Shown: positions 1 to 11,374, counted from the stretch's first letter. The stretch: DNA of 64,000 nt from an uncultured Nitrospiraceae bacterium (GCA_963706325.1 CAVPLT010000007.1:384001-448000), one strand, 5' to 3'. Notes: a model not told the origin generated them from the sequence alone. Made by a program: numbers and translations.

Positions 1-1382
1 AAAGCTACAAGCCGGAAGAGCTGTTCGATGAATCGGGCAAACTGATATCTGCGTTGGCGGCGCTGGCGCCGACGGGCGAACGGCGCATGGGCGCAATTCC
101 TTGCGCGAACGGCGGCATCCTTCTGCGTGATCTTCGGATGCCGGATTTCCGTGACTATGCGGTGCCGGTGACCAAACCCGGAGGGGATCAAGCCGAGGCG
201 ACGAGGGTCCAAGGACTCTTTCTGCGCGACGTGCTGAAAACGAACATGCGGAATTTCCGTATTTTCGCTCCTGACGAAACCGCGTCCAATCGATGGACGC
301 CTGTCTTCGAAGTGACGGACCGTTGCTCCATGGAGGAAATCCTAAAGACCGATGACCATGTCGCCCCCGATGGGCGGGTCATGGAGATACTGAGCGAGCA
401 TCTCTGCCAGGGATGGCTCGAAGGGTATCTGTTGACTGGGCGTCACGGGTTTATGAACTGCTACGAAGCGTTCATTCACATCGTGGACTCGATGTTTAAT
501 CAACATGCGAAATGGCTCAAGTCCTCGCGTGAAATTTCGTGGCGGCGGCCGATCGCCTCCTTGAATTATCTCCTGACATCGCATGTGTGGCGACAGGACC
601 ACAATGGGTTCAGCCATCAGGACCCCGGGTTCATCGATCATGTGGTGAATAAAAAAGCCGAAGTCATTCGTGTCTACTTACCACCCGACGCGAACACGCT
701 GCTCTCGGTGACGGATCACTGCCTGCGCAGTCGCGACTATGTGAATGTGGTCGTGGCCGGCAAACAGCCGTCGCCGCAGTGGCTGGATATGGAATCGGCC
801 ATCTTGCATTGCACGGCAGGAATCGGTATTTGGGAATGGGCCAGCAATGATCGAGGCGGCGAGCCTGATGTGGTGATGGCCTGTTGCGGCGACGTCCCGA
901 CGATGGAAACTCTGGCGGCGGTAGAAATCTTGCGCAATGCGCTGCCCAATTTGAAAGTGCGCGTCATCAACATCGTCGATCTCATGAAGCTGCAACCCAC
1001 CAGTGAGCATCCGCACGGACTATCCGATAAGGAGTTCGATGCCTTGTTCACCACCGACAAACCGATCATCTTTGCGTTTCATGGGTACCCCTGGTTGATC
1101 CACCGATTGACCTATCGCCGGACCAATCACGATAACCTGCATGTGCGCGGTTATAAGGAAGAAGGAACGACGACGACGCCGTTCGACATGGTCGTGTTGA
1201 ACGATCTGGACCGGTTTCATCTCGTGGCTGATGTGGTGGACCGAGTGCCGCAGCTCGGCGCCAGCGCCGCTTATCTCAAGCAAGACATGCGTGACAAGCG
1301 CATTCAGCACAAGCAGTACATTATGACGCATGGCATAGACATGCCCGAGGTCCTGAACTGGAAGTGGAGCGGCAAACGCTAG
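1..1382 (+). CDS. xfp: Phosphoketolase (XFP family), 5'-truncated by the window edge
   Basis: Frame is open to base 3 (SYKPEELFD...). Family motifs [58 protein letters not shown]. Confidence 0.95.
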   Translation, partial: SYKPEELFDESGKLISALAALAPTGERRMGAIPCANGGILLRDLRMPDFRDYAVPVTKPGGDQAEATRVQGLFLRDVLKTNMRNFRIFAPDETASNRWTPVFEVTDRCSMEEILKTDDHVAPDGRVMEILSEHLCQGWLEGYLLTGRHGFMNCYEAFIHIVDSMFNQHAKWLKSSREISWRRPIASLNYLLTSHVWRQDHNGFSHQDPGFIDHVVNKKAEVIRVYLPPDANTLLSVTDHCLRSRDYVNVVVAGKQPSPQWLDMESAILHCTAGIGIWEWASNDRGGEPDVVMACCGDVPTMETLAAVEILRNALPNLKVRVINIVDLMKLQPTSEHPHGLSDKEFDALFTTDKPIIFAFHGYPWLIHRLTYRRTNHDNLHVRGYKEEGTTTTPFDMVVLNDLDRFHLVADVVDRVPQLGASAAYLKQDMRDKRIQHKQYIMTHGIDMPEVLNWKWSGKR

Positions 1383-1391
1383 AGGAAAAGC

Positions 1392-2075
1392 ATGACGACT
1401 TCGAGCATGGTGGTGCTGTTCGATGTGGACAACACGTTATTGGACAATGATCGGGTCACGGCTGATCTGAAAGAGCATTTGGAGAAGGAAGTCGGTCATC
1501 AACGTGAGCGGCTGTACTGGGACATTTTCGAGCAACTTCGCGAAGACTTGGGATACGTCGATTATCTGGGCGCGCTGCAATGTTATCGCCTTCGATACCC
1601 CCGCGATCCCCACCTCCTCACCCTGTCGCGATTCCTCGTGAATTATCCCTTTGCCGAGCGGCTCTTCCCGCAAGCGCTGGAAGTGGTGCGCCATGTCAGC
1701 CAATGGAGCCAAGCCGTCATTTTGTCGGATGGCGATGTCGTGTTTCAGCCTCGCAAGGTAGAACGGTCAGGGCTGTTCGAGGCTGTTCAGGAACGCGTGC
1801 TCATCTATATTCATAAAGAACAGGAATTGGAAGACGTGGAGCAACGATATCCCGCCGACCACTATGTACTCGTGGACGATAAGGTTCGGATTCTGAGCGC
1901 TGTGAAAACCTATTGGGGCAGTCGGGTCACCACCGTCTTCCCGCGTCAGGGACATTATGCCTGGGACCCCGAGGCACTGCGTACCAACCCTGCTCCTGAT
2001 CTCTCGATTGAGCGCATCGCAGACCTGCTCACGGTCGATCGGCGCATGCTGCTCGCTGCCTCACATGCTTCCTGA
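1392..2075 (+). CDS. HAD-superfamily hydrolase
   Basis: Motif I FDVDNTL, motif II LSDG, motif IV VDDK; 9 nt after xfp with GAGGA SD. Confidence 0.85.
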   Translation: MTTSSMVVLFDVDNTLLDNDRVTADLKEHLEKEVGHQRERLYWDIFEQLREDLGYVDYLGALQCYRLRYPRDPHLLTLSRFLVNYPFAERLFPQALEVVRHVSQWSQAVILSDGDVVFQPRKVERSGLFEAVQERVLIYIHKEQELEDVEQRYPADHYVLVDDKVRILSAVKTYWGSRVTTVFPRQGHYAWDPEALRTNPAPDLSIERIADLLTVDRRMLLAASHAS

Positions 2076-2293
2076 GTTCATGGGCCTGTCGCGCCTACCA
2101 TTTATCGACTCGCATTCCGCACCGAGGTCGGCTACATCGTCAGACCGAGACAGAAACCTGCCAAACTGGGCTTGAGCCTTGATGCAATCCTGTGGCACTG
2201 TCTTGGGTCTGCAGGCGATGGGTGGCTGGATAGGGGATTACTCGAGTGTCGGCCGGCACTATGCGATTGCCGCAGAACAACCAATGGATCGGA

Positions 2294-4891
2294 ATGACGA
2301 TGAGCGATCATCTGAACGTACGTGAATTTGAACCCGAAATGGTACGGCACCGCGCTTTACTGGAAGTGTCGAAGGCCATTGCGGCGCATCGGGATCTGCA
2401 CGACCTATTTCATGACCTCGCGCAGCGCCTCCCACAGGTCGTCGAGGTCAATTTTGTCGCCCTCTCGCTGCACGATTTTGAGCGCAATTTGATGAAGCTC
2501 TATACGCTGCAGGCCAATGTGCCGGCGGATATCATCGGCGGTCATGAAGAGCCCGTGGACGAGACGCCCACCGGATTCGTGTGGCAAACCCAACAGACGC
2601 TCATCATTCAAGACCTGGACGGAGAGCAGCGTTGGCCGGCGGTGACCTCGCGCATGCAGGAGGATGGGATTCGGTCTCTCTGCATCGTGCCTCTGACCAC
2701 GGCGCTCCGTCGTCTGGGCACGATGGGGTTTGCAAGTTTGAGGCAACAGGCCTATGGGAACACCGATGGGGAATTCCTTCAACAAGTCGGCAAGCAAGTT
2801 GCCGTGGCAGTGGACAACGTCCTCCATCACCAAGACCTCGCGCGGGATCGCGATCGGTTGCGGTTGCTCCTGGAAGTGTCCGAGTCCATCGCGTCGCATC
2901 GCGACTTGGACGAATTATTGCGCGATTTGGCGCAGCGGCTGCCGCACATCGTTCCCTTTGATTACATCAACGTCGTGCTGCACGACCCTGTTCGCCAGGT
3001 CATGCGACTGTGTTTTCTGGTGACAGCTGAACCGGGCACCATCAGCCCCGGTCTTGAAACACCCGTGCACGAATCTCCCGGCGGACTGGTATGGACTACA
3101 CAAGAACCCTTGATCGTGAATGACATTGCGCAAGAGCCTCGCTGGCCGGCCTTGATGTCGATGTTCCGCGATAATGGCGTGCAATCTTTCTGCGTCGTGC
3201 CCCTCACGACGGCGCAACGCCGCCTCGGCGCTATGGGGTTTGGAAGTCTGCAGCCGAGACGTTATCAACCGGCGGAAATCGACTTTATGCGCCAGGTGGC
3301 AAACCAGGTAGCCGTGGCCGTGGACAATGCGCTGAACGCGGAGGCCGCGCGTGCCGCTCAAAAGCAGTTAGCCCATGAGCGTGATCGGCAGCGGATGCTG
3401 TTGAAGGTCAACAATGCGGTGGTGTCTCATCTTGATTTAAGCTCCGTCTTTGCCGCCGTCAGCGATTGTTTGCGCACCGTCATTCAGCACGACGGGTCGA
3501 GTTTAGTGCTCTACGACGCGAAGACCCAACGCTGCCGCGTGCATGCACTGCACTTTACCGAGAAGCGTTCGGTGATCGAAGAGTGCGACGGGAATGCCCT
3601 CATCCCTTCTCCATCCGGTATTGCGATCACGACCAGGCAACCGGCTGTGTTTCGAGAGCAGGACTTGCAGGATATGGCATCGACCTCGCCGATGGCCAAA
3701 TACCTTCTGGCCGAAGGTGTGAAAGCATTGTGCTGCATGCCGCTGCTCTCGCATAACCAGGCATTGGGAGCGCTGAATGTCGGAAGACAACGCGACGACG
3801 CGTTTGCGGCCGAGGATGTCGAATTGTTGAATCAAGTGGCGCAGCAGATCGCGATTGCAGTGGAAAACGGTCTGGCCTACCAAGAAATCGCGGATCTCAA
3901 GGAAAAGCTCAGTAAGGAAAAATTGTATCTCGAGGAAGAGATCAAAACGGCCTACGACTTCGAGGACATTGTTGGAAGCAGCGCCGCGCTCAAACGGGTG
4001 TTGAAACAGGTGGAGATCGTTGCGCCGACCGATTCGACGGTCTTGATTTTAGGTGAAACCGGCACGGGTAAGGAGTTGTTGGCACGCGCCATTCATGATC
4101 GCAGCAGCCGCCGGGAACGGACCATGGTCAAACTGAATTGTGCGGCGATTCCGACCGGGCTCCTGGAAAGCGAGTTGTTCGGCCATGAGCGCGGCGCCTT
4201 CACGGGAGCTATCGCGCAAAAAGTGGGCCGTTTCGAGCTTGCGGACGGCGGAACGCTGTTCCTGGATGAGCTCGGCGATATTCCACTGGAGCTGCAGTCC
4301 AAATTGTTGCGCGTGCTGCAGGAACAGGAATTTGAGCGATTGGGAGGCACCCGAACGATCAAGGTAAACATTCGGTTGTTGGCGGCCACCAACCGCAACC
4401 TGATTCAGATGGTCGCCGAAAAAACGTTCCGCAGCGATTTGTATTATCGCCTCAATGTGTTTCCGTTGACGATTCCCGCGCTTCGCGAGCGTCGAGAAGA
4501 CATTCCTTCGTTGGTTCGATATTTTGCCCAGAAGTTCGCGCGGCGGATGAAGAAAACGATCGATTCGATCTCCACGGAGGGGATGGCGACGTTGACGCAG
4601 TATGACTGGCCCGGCAACGTTCGAGAGTTGGAGAATGTCATCGAACGAGCCACGATCCTTTCGCAAGGAGGAGAGCTGCAGCTGACGCTGGAAAAGGTCT
4701 CGGCCCAAACGAGGCCGGACAGTCCAGCCGTGAGCACCCTGGAGGTCGCCGAGCGCGCTCACATCATGCGAGCCTTGCAGGCTGCCAACTGGATCATCGG
4801 CGGGCCTCACGGCGCGGCCTCCAAACTCGGCATGAAACGAACCACCCTTCAATCAAGAATGCAGAAGCTCAGCATCGTTCGTCCGGCCTAG
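2294..4891 (+). CDS. FhlA-like sigma-54-dependent activator, 3 GAF + AAA+ + HTH
   Basis: Three repeated GAF units (LLEVS..IA.HRDL...QVAVAVDN), Walker [40 protein letters not shown]-terminal [12 protein letters not shown]. Start taken as ATG 2294 (2300 also possible). Confidence 0.93.
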   Translation: MTMSDHLNVREFEPEMVRHRALLEVSKAIAAHRDLHDLFHDLAQRLPQVVEVNFVALSLHDFERNLMKLYTLQANVPADIIGGHEEPVDETPTGFVWQTQQTLIIQDLDGEQRWPAVTSRMQEDGIRSLCIVPLTTALRRLGTMGFASLRQQAYGNTDGEFLQQVGKQVAVAVDNVLHHQDLARDRDRLRLLLEVSESIASHRDLDELLRDLAQRLPHIVPFDYINVVLHDPVRQVMRLCFLVTAEPGTISPGLETPVHESPGGLVWTTQEPLIVNDIAQEPRWPALMSMFRDNGVQSFCVVPLTTAQRRLGAMGFGSLQPRRYQPAEIDFMRQVANQVAVAVDNALNAEAARAAQKQLAHERDRQRMLLKVNNAVVSHLDLSSVFAAVSDCLRTVIQHDGSSLVLYDAKTQRCRVHALHFTEKRSVIEECDGNALIPSPSGIAITTRQPAVFREQDLQDMASTSPMAKYLLAEGVKALCCMPLLSHNQALGALNVGRQRDDAFAAEDVELLNQVAQQIAIAVENGLAYQEIADLKEKLSKEKLYLEEEIKTAYDFEDIVGSSAALKRVLKQVEIVAPTDSTVLILGETGTGKELLARAIHDRSSRRERTMVKLNCAAIPTGLLESELFGHERGAFTGAIAQKVGRFELADGGTLFLDELGDIPLELQSKLLRVLQEQEFERLGGTRTIKVNIRLLAATNRNLIQMVAEKTFRSDLYYRLNVFPLTIPALRERREDIPSLVRYFAQKFARRMKKTIDSISTEGMATLTQYDWPGNVRELENVIERATILSQGGELQLTLEKVSAQTRPDSPAVSTLEVAERAHIMRALQAANWIIGGPHGAASKLGMKRTTLQSRMQKLSIVRPA

Positions 4892-5038
4892 CCCTCGTCA
4901 ATGTTGTCTGCGGCTGGTCTTCTCTCCCGCGTAGTGCTTCGCCGGCGCAAATCCAAACCATGCGTGACAGTAGTCCAACTCGTCCGCCCAGGAGTTGCGC
5001 GTATCCCTTAGCATTCGTGGATGCTTGACGCGGGCGGA

Positions 5039-5066
5039 GGAAACTAGTAGTACTGGAAGAGTTTCC
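5039..5066. promoter_or_regulatory. Candidate TetR operator (GGAAACT-N14-AGTTTCC)
   Basis: 7-bp inverted repeat between a TTGACG -35-like hexamer (5025-5030) and the tetR start at 5077. Confidence 0.5.
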
Positions 5067-5076
5067 GGCGTACCTA

Positions 5077-5712
5077 ATGAAGACCCCCACGCATCGGCAC
5101 AGGCAACCGCTTACGACCAAGGACCGTTCCACGGCCGAACGGATCGTGGCTTCCGCGAGGCGCCATTTCCTGACCCACGGTTTCCGACACGTCACCATGG
5201 ACGATTTGGCGCGCGAGCTCGGGATGAGCAAGAAAACCCTCTATGCCTCCTTTCAAAGCAAGACCCTGTTGCTCGAAGCCGTGATCGTAGATAAGTTCCG
5301 CCAGGTGGAACAGGACCTCGACAGCATTACTGCCGGCTGCTCGTCGGATGTGCTGGCGTCATTGCAGGAATTGCTGGCTTGCATGCAACAGCACACCGAC
5401 GAGATTAAGCCGCCGTTCGTGCGCGATATGCAGCGTGAGTCGCCGGAGAGATTCAAAATGGTGGAAGTCCGGCGGCGGAATGTCATCCAGCGTCATTTCG
5501 GAAAGTTGCTCACTGCTGGACGGAAAGTCGGGATTATTCGCAAGGACGTTCCGACCAACCTCATCCTTGAGATTCTGCTGAGCGCGCTCCAGGCCATTAT
5601 GAATCCTCCTAAAATTGTAGAGTGGGGCCTCACTCCGAAGAGCGGGTATTCGGCAATCGTGACGGTCATAATGGAAGGCGTGATGACCGATCGCGCGCGC
5701 GCGGCGCTATGA
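5077..5712 (+). CDS. TetR/AcrR family regulator
   Basis: HTH GFRHVTMDDLARELGMSKKTLYASF; stop overlaps the next ATG (ATGA). Confidence 0.92.
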   Translation: MKTPTHRHRQPLTTKDRSTAERIVASARRHFLTHGFRHVTMDDLARELGMSKKTLYASFQSKTLLLEAVIVDKFRQVEQDLDSITAGCSSDVLASLQELLACMQQHTDEIKPPFVRDMQRESPERFKMVEVRRRNVIQRHFGKLLTAGRKVGIIRKDVPTNLILEILLSALQAIMNPPKIVEWGLTPKSGYSAIVTVIMEGVMTDRARAAL

Positions 5713-6701
5713 ACTTGCGGCGGAGATCAGATAGACGGACCAGCACGTGCCTTGTCGGAGTCTGTTGGCTGGTCTGGGCGCTGGCAAGTTGTACCGATCA
5801 GGAACGCGACCGTTTGCAGGGATACGTGGAAGGAGAGTTTGTGTATATCGCGTCGCCCTTCGCAGGCGCGCTCGAGTCGCTTCAGGTCCAGCGCGGGGCG
5901 CAGGTCAAATCGGGCGACTCGTTGTTTTGGTTGGACAGCACATCCGAAAAATCCGTTCGGGATGAGGCCGAGCGCAAACTCGCGCAAGCGCGAGCCACGT
6001 GGGCGGACGTCAAAAAAGGCAAACGTCCCTCGGAAATTGAGGCGCTTCAGGCCCAACTCAAGCAGGCGCGGGCGGCGTCCACCCTGTCAGAACGCGAATT
6101 CAAGCGGCAGCAAGGGCTTATTGGTGTCCCAGGCGCCGCGGTGGAACTTGATTTTGACCGGGCGCGATCCTCCCGCGACCAGACTCGTCAGCGGATAGCT
6201 GAGCTTGAAGCTGAATTGCGAACGGCGCAGTTAGGGTCCCGGAGCGATCAGATTATTGCTGCTGGGGCAGAGGTTCGGGCACGAGAGGCTGCGCTAGCCA
6301 AGGCGGAGTGGGAGTTGTCGCAAAAGCGCCAGAAGGCTCCCAAGGCCGGCTTGGTCTTCGATACGCTGTATCGCGAGGGAGAATGGGTCGCTGCCGGTCG
6401 GCCCGTCGTTGTCTTGCTGCCCCCACTCAATATCAAAGTGCGCACCTTTGTGCCGGAAACTCTGGTTGGAACGATCCAACCCGGTCGCTCTGTCCGCATC
6501 TGGGTAGACGGAATCACCGAGCCGCTCAGCGGCGCCGTGAGCTACGTTTCGCCGAAGGCGGAATACACGCCACCGGTCATCTATAGTCAGACGAGCCGTA
6601 GCAAGCTGGTTTTCATGGTTGAAGCGGTCTTTCCTCCCGACATCGCTGCCGGCCTGCATCCAGGTCAGCCGGTGGATGTACAGTTCGGCTCTGCTCAATG
6701 A
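5709..6701 (+). CDS. HlyD/YbhG-like periplasmic adaptor
   Basis: QGYVEGEFVYIASP, long coiled coil, SPKAEYTPPVIYS, LHPGQPVDV; ATG 5709 overlaps the tetR stop. Confidence 0.88.
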   Translation: MNLRRRSDRRTSTCLVGVCWLVWALASCTDQERDRLQGYVEGEFVYIASPFAGALESLQVQRGAQVKSGDSLFWLDSTSEKSVRDEAERKLAQARATWADVKKGKRPSEIEALQAQLKQARAASTLSEREFKRQQGLIGVPGAAVELDFDRARSSRDQTRQRIAELEAELRTAQLGSRSDQIIAAGAEVRAREAALAKAEWELSQKRQKAPKAGLVFDTLYREGEWVAAGRPVVVLLPPLNIKVRTFVPETLVGTIQPGRSVRIWVDGITEPLSGAVSYVSPKAEYTPPVIYSQTSRSKLVFMVEAVFPPDIAAGLHPGQPVDVQFGSAQ

Positions 6702-7639
6702 CGAACGATCACGCCCCAGCTGATCTCGCGATCGATGTGCGTGGGATGACCAAACGTTTCGGCGAACGGACGGTCGTCGACCATATTGAACTTCAAGTAC
6801 GGCGAGGCGAAATTTACGGGTTTCTTGGACCGAACGGCAGCGGCAAAACCACATTTATCCGTATGCTGTGCGGGTTGCTTCGTCCAGACGAGGGGAGCGG
6901 GACCTGCCTCGGGCATGACGTGATCACAGAGAGCGAAGCGATTAAACTCGAAGTCGGCTATATGACTCAGCGATTCAGTTTTTACGAAGACTTGAGCATT
7001 GCCGAGAATCTTCATTTTGTCGCTCGCATCTTTTCGGTGCCCAATCGGCAAGAGGCTGTACGGAGCAGTATCGAACGGCTTGGCCTTGGCGGCAGGCAGG
7101 GGCAGTTAGCGGGTGAACTGTCCGGAGGATGGAAGCAGCGGCTCGCGTTGGCGGCCTGCCTCATTCACCAGCCGAAACTGTTGCTGCTGGACGAACCCAC
7201 GGCGGGAGTGGATCCGAAAGCCCGCCGGGAGTTTTGGGAGCACATCCATGATTTGGCCGCCGAGGGTCTCACCTTTCTCATCACCACCCATTATATGGAT
7301 GAAGCCGAGCGGTGCCACAGGCTCGCCTATATCGCCTACGGGAAATTGCTCGCGCACGGGACCGTCCCGGACGTGATTGCAGACGCGGGTTTGACGACAT
7401 GGTCGGTCGTCGGACCGGATCTGCATCAGCTCGCAGAGCAGCTGCGGGGTCGCCCGGGCGTCAAACAGGCCGTAGCTTTCGGCAGCATGTTGCATGTGAG
7501 CGGAGACGATGCCGAGGCGCTCGAACGGGCGATCGCACCGTTCCTCGCCAGCCCTTATGAGTGGACCAGGATCGGCGCCAGCCTCGAAGATGTGTTCATC
7601 CACTTGATGGAACGTTCGCCGGACAATTTCTCAGCATGA
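6698..7639 (+). CDS. ABC transporter ATP-binding subunit (YbhF-like)
   Basis: GPNGSGKTT, LSGGWKQR, LLLLDEPT, H-loop TTHY. Confidence 0.93.
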   Translation: MTNDHAPADLAIDVRGMTKRFGERTVVDHIELQVRRGEIYGFLGPNGSGKTTFIRMLCGLLRPDEGSGTCLGHDVITESEAIKLEVGYMTQRFSFYEDLSIAENLHFVARIFSVPNRQEAVRSSIERLGLGGRQGQLAGELSGGWKQRLALAACLIHQPKLLLLDEPTAGVDPKARREFWEHIHDLAAEGLTFLITTHYMDEAERCHRLAYIAYGKLLAHGTVPDVIADAGLTTWSVVGPDLHQLAEQLRGRPGVKQAVAFGSMLHVSGDDAEALERAIAPFLASPYEWTRIGASLEDVFIHLMERSPDNFSA

Positions 7640-8778
7640 AGCAAAGCCGATCATTTTCACCGTCTCGATTGTGGGCTGTCGTTGTGAAGGAATTCGTCCA
7701 GATGAGACGGGACCGGATGACTTTCGGCATGATGATCGGTGTCCCGCTCATGCAGCTCATCCTGTTCGGATTCGCCATTAACTCAGATCCGAAACAACTG
7801 CCTGCGGCGGTACTGTCGGCTGACTATGGGCCCCAGGCACGGACCCTTTTGAGTGCCGTTCAACAGAGCGGGTATTTTAGCTTTGTCCGTCAGGTGAGCA
7901 GCGAATCCGAAGCGCGCGATCTTCTCGCCCGCGGAGAGGTCCAGTTCGTCATCACTATCCCGGTTAGCTTCTCCCGTGACTTATTACGTGGCGATCGCCC
8001 CGTGATACTCGTCGAAGCCGATGCCACCGACCCTGCCGCGACCAGCAATGCGGTCGGTTCGTTGCGGACCTCGATCAACAGGGCTCTGCAGCATGATTTG
8101 AAAGGTCCGATCGGAGATCTGGTAGGAACGGACGGTCCGATCGATCTGCGCATCCACGCGAAATACAATCCGGAAGCCATCACCCAATACAACATCGTGC
8201 CGGGGTTGATGGGCGTAGTGCTGACCATGACCATGGTCATGATCACCGGCTTGGCGATCACACGCGAACGTGAACGTGGCACGATGGAAAACCTCCTGTC
8301 CATGCCGACGCGTCCATTCGAGGTGATGATCGGGAAGATTGTTCCGTACATTTTGGTGGGTTATGTGCAAATCGGGCTTATTCTAGTGGCGTCGCATGTC
8401 TTGTTTCACGTGCCGATGGTCGGCAGTCTCGGTTTGCTCCTGCTGGTCGCGCTCGTGTTCATCGCCGCCAACCTAGCCATGGGAATCACGTTTTCCACAG
8501 TGGCTCAGAACCAACTCCAGGCCATGCAGATGTCGTTCTTCTTCTTCCTGCCATCAATCTTGTTGTCGGGTTTCATGTTTCCATTTCGAGGCATGCCGCC
8601 GTGGGCGCAAACAATCGGCGAAGTGCTCCCCCTCACGCACTTCCTCAGGATCGTGCGTGGCATTCTCCTGAAGGGCAATGGCCTCGATGACATACTCCTG
8701 CATCTCTGGAAGATTGTACTATTCGCTGTGATCGCGTTGACCATCGGCGTGAAGCGGTACCGACAGACGCTCGATTAG
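7636..8778 (+). CDS. ABC-2 permease (YbhS/R-like)
   Basis: KEFVQMRRDR, RERERGTMENLL, LSGFMFPFRGMP; ATG 7636 overlaps the upstream stop. Confidence 0.92.
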   Translation: MKQSRSFSPSRLWAVVVKEFVQMRRDRMTFGMMIGVPLMQLILFGFAINSDPKQLPAAVLSADYGPQARTLLSAVQQSGYFSFVRQVSSESEARDLLARGEVQFVITIPVSFSRDLLRGDRPVILVEADATDPAATSNAVGSLRTSINRALQHDLKGPIGDLVGTDGPIDLRIHAKYNPEAITQYNIVPGLMGVVLTMTMVMITGLAITRERERGTMENLLSMPTRPFEVMIGKIVPYILVGYVQIGLILVASHVLFHVPMVGSLGLLLLVALVFIAANLAMGITFSTVAQNQLQAMQMSFFFFLPSILLSGFMFPFRGMPPWAQTIGEVLPLTHFLRIVRGILLKGNGLDDILLHLWKIVLFAVIALTIGVKRYRQTLD

Positions 8779-8806
8779 TTGCGCTGGTTGGTCCGTAGCT
8801 GGCAGC

Positions 8807-8866
8807 TTGCCGATCGGCAAGGCAAGCGCCGATTTTTCGGCACCGTGCCGCATTGTCGGCTCGGCA
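8807..8866. promoter_or_regulatory. Tandem palindromic enhancer-like sites (TGCCGA-N4-TCGGCA type)
   Basis: TTGCCGATCGGCAA 8807-8820, CGCCGATTTTTCGGCA 8827-8842, TGCCGCATTGTCGGCT 8846-8861; the same motif recurs at 35488-35561. Confidence 0.65.
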
Positions 8867-8971
8867 TAGTCGTCATCATTCGCTCGTGCTCTTAAACACT
8901 TTCAGAGTTGACCCACTCCGTCCCCTCTTCCATGGCCCTTCAAGATCACTGAACTCTCTGCGGTGCCCAAC

Positions 8972-8986
8972 TGGAACGGCTTATGC
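8972..8986 (+). promoter_or_regulatory. Sigma-54 -24/-12 promoter
   Basis: TGGAACGGCTTATGC (GG-N10-GC), about 110 bp downstream of the tandem palindromes. Confidence 0.65.
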
Positions 8987-9067
8987 GTATTGCGGAGACG
9001 CGGGCATGGCAGCGATTTAATAGCCGAAAAAATTCGGCCCCCAAAGTGTCGAGAAAGGAAGTGAACC

Positions 9068-9304
9068 ATGGCTTGGATGGCGGTACTCGCATCCTACTTT
9101 CTGCCGGTGGCACTGCTGTCAGTCTTCATCTTGCTGGATTGCGCACATACCGCAGCCGGCCCAAGGCTCGTGCGAGTCACGCCCCATCGATTGGGTAGCC
9201 ATCCAGCTGCTCGCCGCCGACAATCCATAGGTATTAGGCGTTGCGGAGAACGGCGACAGGCTCAAGGAAAGGAGACCGCTGATGGCAACGATAGCGAGAT
9301 CTGA
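9068..9304 (+). CDS. Small hypothetical protein with N-terminal hydrophobic segment
   Basis: AAGGAAG SD; first ORF after the sigma-54 promoter. Confidence 0.4.
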   Translation: MAWMAVLASYFLPVALLSVFILLDCAHTAAGPRLVRVTPHRLGSHPAARRRQSIGIRRCGERRQAQGKETADGNDSEI

Positions 9305-9503
9305 GTCGAAGCCCATAGGTGACGGGTCCCTCACAGGCAAACCCAACCACGACGGGATTCAGCATTGCTCGCGTTGTGGCGGGCTCATGGTCATGGTGCA
9401 GCTGATCGATCTTCCGGCTCAGCGTTGTGTGCAATGCGGAGAGTTGGTCGATTCCGTCATTCTGCATAATCGTCAACACGGTGTCACACAGGGGCTGAAT
9501 TGA
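9282..9503 (+). CDS. Small zinc-ribbon protein (CSRC...CVQC)
   Basis: AAGGAG SD; paralogue at 43142-43387. Confidence 0.7.
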   Translation: MATIARSESKPIGDGSLTGKPNHDGIQHCSRCGGLMVMVQLIDLPAQRCVQCGELVDSVILHNRQHGVTQGLN

Positions 9504-9524
9504 AGTAGGTCAGGGAGGTGCAAG

Positions 9525-10031
9525 ATGCGATTGTTCACAGGGACTCTGATGTTTGCATTGGTGCTAATTCTTGGAAACAGCCGGTTTCTCGACGCCAAGA
9601 CGAGCGATTCGCCACCCATGGCACCCCTTAAGACTGATATGGGAGAGAGAGTCGGGAAGGACTGGAACGTCATTGCCGTCGAATTGGCTCCGGGTGCCAT
9701 GAATGGTTGGCATTCCCAGCCTGGAGGTGAATTTCTCTATGTATTAGAAGGCGCAGGTCGCCTGGAGATGGATGGGAAGCAGGCTATCACCCTCAATCCG
9801 GGTTCCGCTTCCACGTTGACCTCAATTCCGCACCATGTATTGAAGAATATCAGTCGGACGAAGCCGCTGAAGATTCTCGTGGTGTTCCTCAATCAGAATA
9901 GTGGACCGCATCCGCTTCTGGCATCAGGACTTATGCAAGGAGATAATGGGTACCGGGATACGCCTCCGCCTGGCGAGGGCAAGGCGCGTACGGGGCGACA
10001 GAAGGCGGGAGAGATAGGACTGGTCTTCTGA
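9525..10031 (+). CDS. Exported cupin-domain protein
   Basis: Signal peptide; WHSQPGGEFLYVLEG cupin motif; GGAGG SD. Confidence 0.8.
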   Translation: MRLFTGTLMFALVLILGNSRFLDAKTSDSPPMAPLKTDMGERVGKDWNVIAVELAPGAMNGWHSQPGGEFLYVLEGAGRLEMDGKQAITLNPGSASTLTSIPHHVLKNISRTKPLKILVVFLNQNSGPHPLLASGLMQGDNGYRDTPPPGEGKARTGRQKAGEIGLVF

Positions 10032-10225
10032 GAAGGTCGTGCCCAGCCTCGGAATGTCGGGCGTGATGGGAATGGGCGCTCACTTCTTCAATTGCTGGCA
10101 GGGGAAGGGGGCTAGGCGTAGCATATTGCTTACTCTGGATCAGACGGTTCAGAATTGCCCCTGCCGGAAACAACCAGGATCTGGGCACATGGGTAAATTG
10201 AGACAAAAATCTGTGCAGGGCTCGA

Positions 10226-11374
10226 ATGCTTGAGAGGAACAGCCTGACGCGTCGCCGGTGGATCAAGTCCCTGCTGTTGCTCGGCGTGATCATCGCCTGC
10301 GGAGTGATGCTTGCGGCATGGAAGCATTCGGCCATGCAGGACAGCCAGGCGGCGTCGGCGAATCAGCCAGAGCCGATGGAGGTCGTGACGGCCTCCGTCG
10401 CCAAATTGCTTGATCATCGCCCGACAACGACGTCGATCGGGACGGTTTTGGCTCTGCGCTCCATTACCCTTCGTAACGAACTGGCCGGCACCGTCAGTCA
10501 ATCCCGGCTGACGTCGGGTCAAATTGTCGAGGCCGGCGCCGTGCTGGTGTTGCTTGATGTGTCTGTCGAGGAAGCGGAACTGCACGCGCAGGAGGCGCAG
10601 GCCGCACTGGCGAAAACGGTCCTGACCAGGCGTCAACACTTGAGTCGGGACCTTGCCACGGCCGAAGAAGAAGTGGATCGCGCGCGCGCGGACCTCCAGG
10701 TGGCAATGGCCCAGATTGCCCGCACAAAAGCGGTTATTGCCCGCAAAACCATCCGCGCACCGTTTCGAGCGCGGGTTGGCCTGGCGGACGTTCATCCCGG
10801 ACAGTACTTGAACGAGGGCACTCAACTCACCACATTGCAAGGTGTAGATAACGCCGTGCATGTAGACTTCACCGTCTCGCAGCAAGTCGCCGCCGGTTTG
10901 CGAGTGGGTGATGGCGTCGAAGTGCTGACCGCGACTTCGGCTATCCCAATCGTAGCCAGGATCGTCGCGCTCGACTCACGCATCGATCCCACGACCCGCA
11001 ATGCCATGGTGCGCGCGAGAATCGAAGAAGCAGCCAATGCGCCGGCGCCAGGCGCGTCCGTGCGAATTCAAGTGCCTGTCGGCTTGTCGCGCAAGGCCGT
11101 TGCCGTTCCCGCCAGCGCAGTCAAGAAGGGGCCGGGCGGAGATCAGGTGTTTGTACTCACGTCAGGGGAAGACGGGAAAACCAGGGCCTATGTGAGGACC
11201 GTGGGGATCGGAGCGATCCTGGGCGATGAGGTGGTCATTCTGACCGGATTGTCCGCCGGAGAGCGAGTAGCCGCTGCCGGAGCCTTTAAGTTGCGGGACG
11301 CGGTACTCGTGGCGATTACCGGTGACCGCGCGATCGGGCAGACGGATGGCGAACCGATCGAGAGACCGCGCTAG
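10226..11374 (+). CDS. RND periplasmic adaptor (MFP)
   Basis: N-terminal TM, lipoyl/hairpin region, IRAPFRARVG, IDPTTR, GLSAGERV. Confidence 0.9.
   Translation: MLERNSLTRRRWIKSLLLLGVIIACGVMLAAWKHSAMQDSQAASANQPEPMEVVTASVAKLLDHRPTTTSIGTVLALRSITLRNELAGTVSQSRLTSGQIVEAGAVLVLLDVSVEEAELHAQEAQAALAKTVLTRRQHLSRDLATAEEEVDRARADLQVAMAQIARTKAVIARKTIRAPFRARVGLADVHPGQYLNEGTQLTTLQGVDNAVHVDFTVSQQVAAGLRVGDGVEVLTATSAIPIVARIVALDSRIDPTTRNAMVRARIEEAANAPAPGASVRIQVPVGLSRKAVAVPASAVKKGPGGDQVFVLTSGEDGKTRAYVRTVGIGAILGDEVVILTGLSAGERVAAAGAFKLRDAVLVAITGDRAIGQTDGEPIERPR

Noticed and set aside
4049..4852. Long antisense ORFs (also 36973-37854, 12188-12826, 45985-46611 and others)
   Set aside because: Shadows of well-supported genes on the opposite strand in GC-rich DNA; no motifs.
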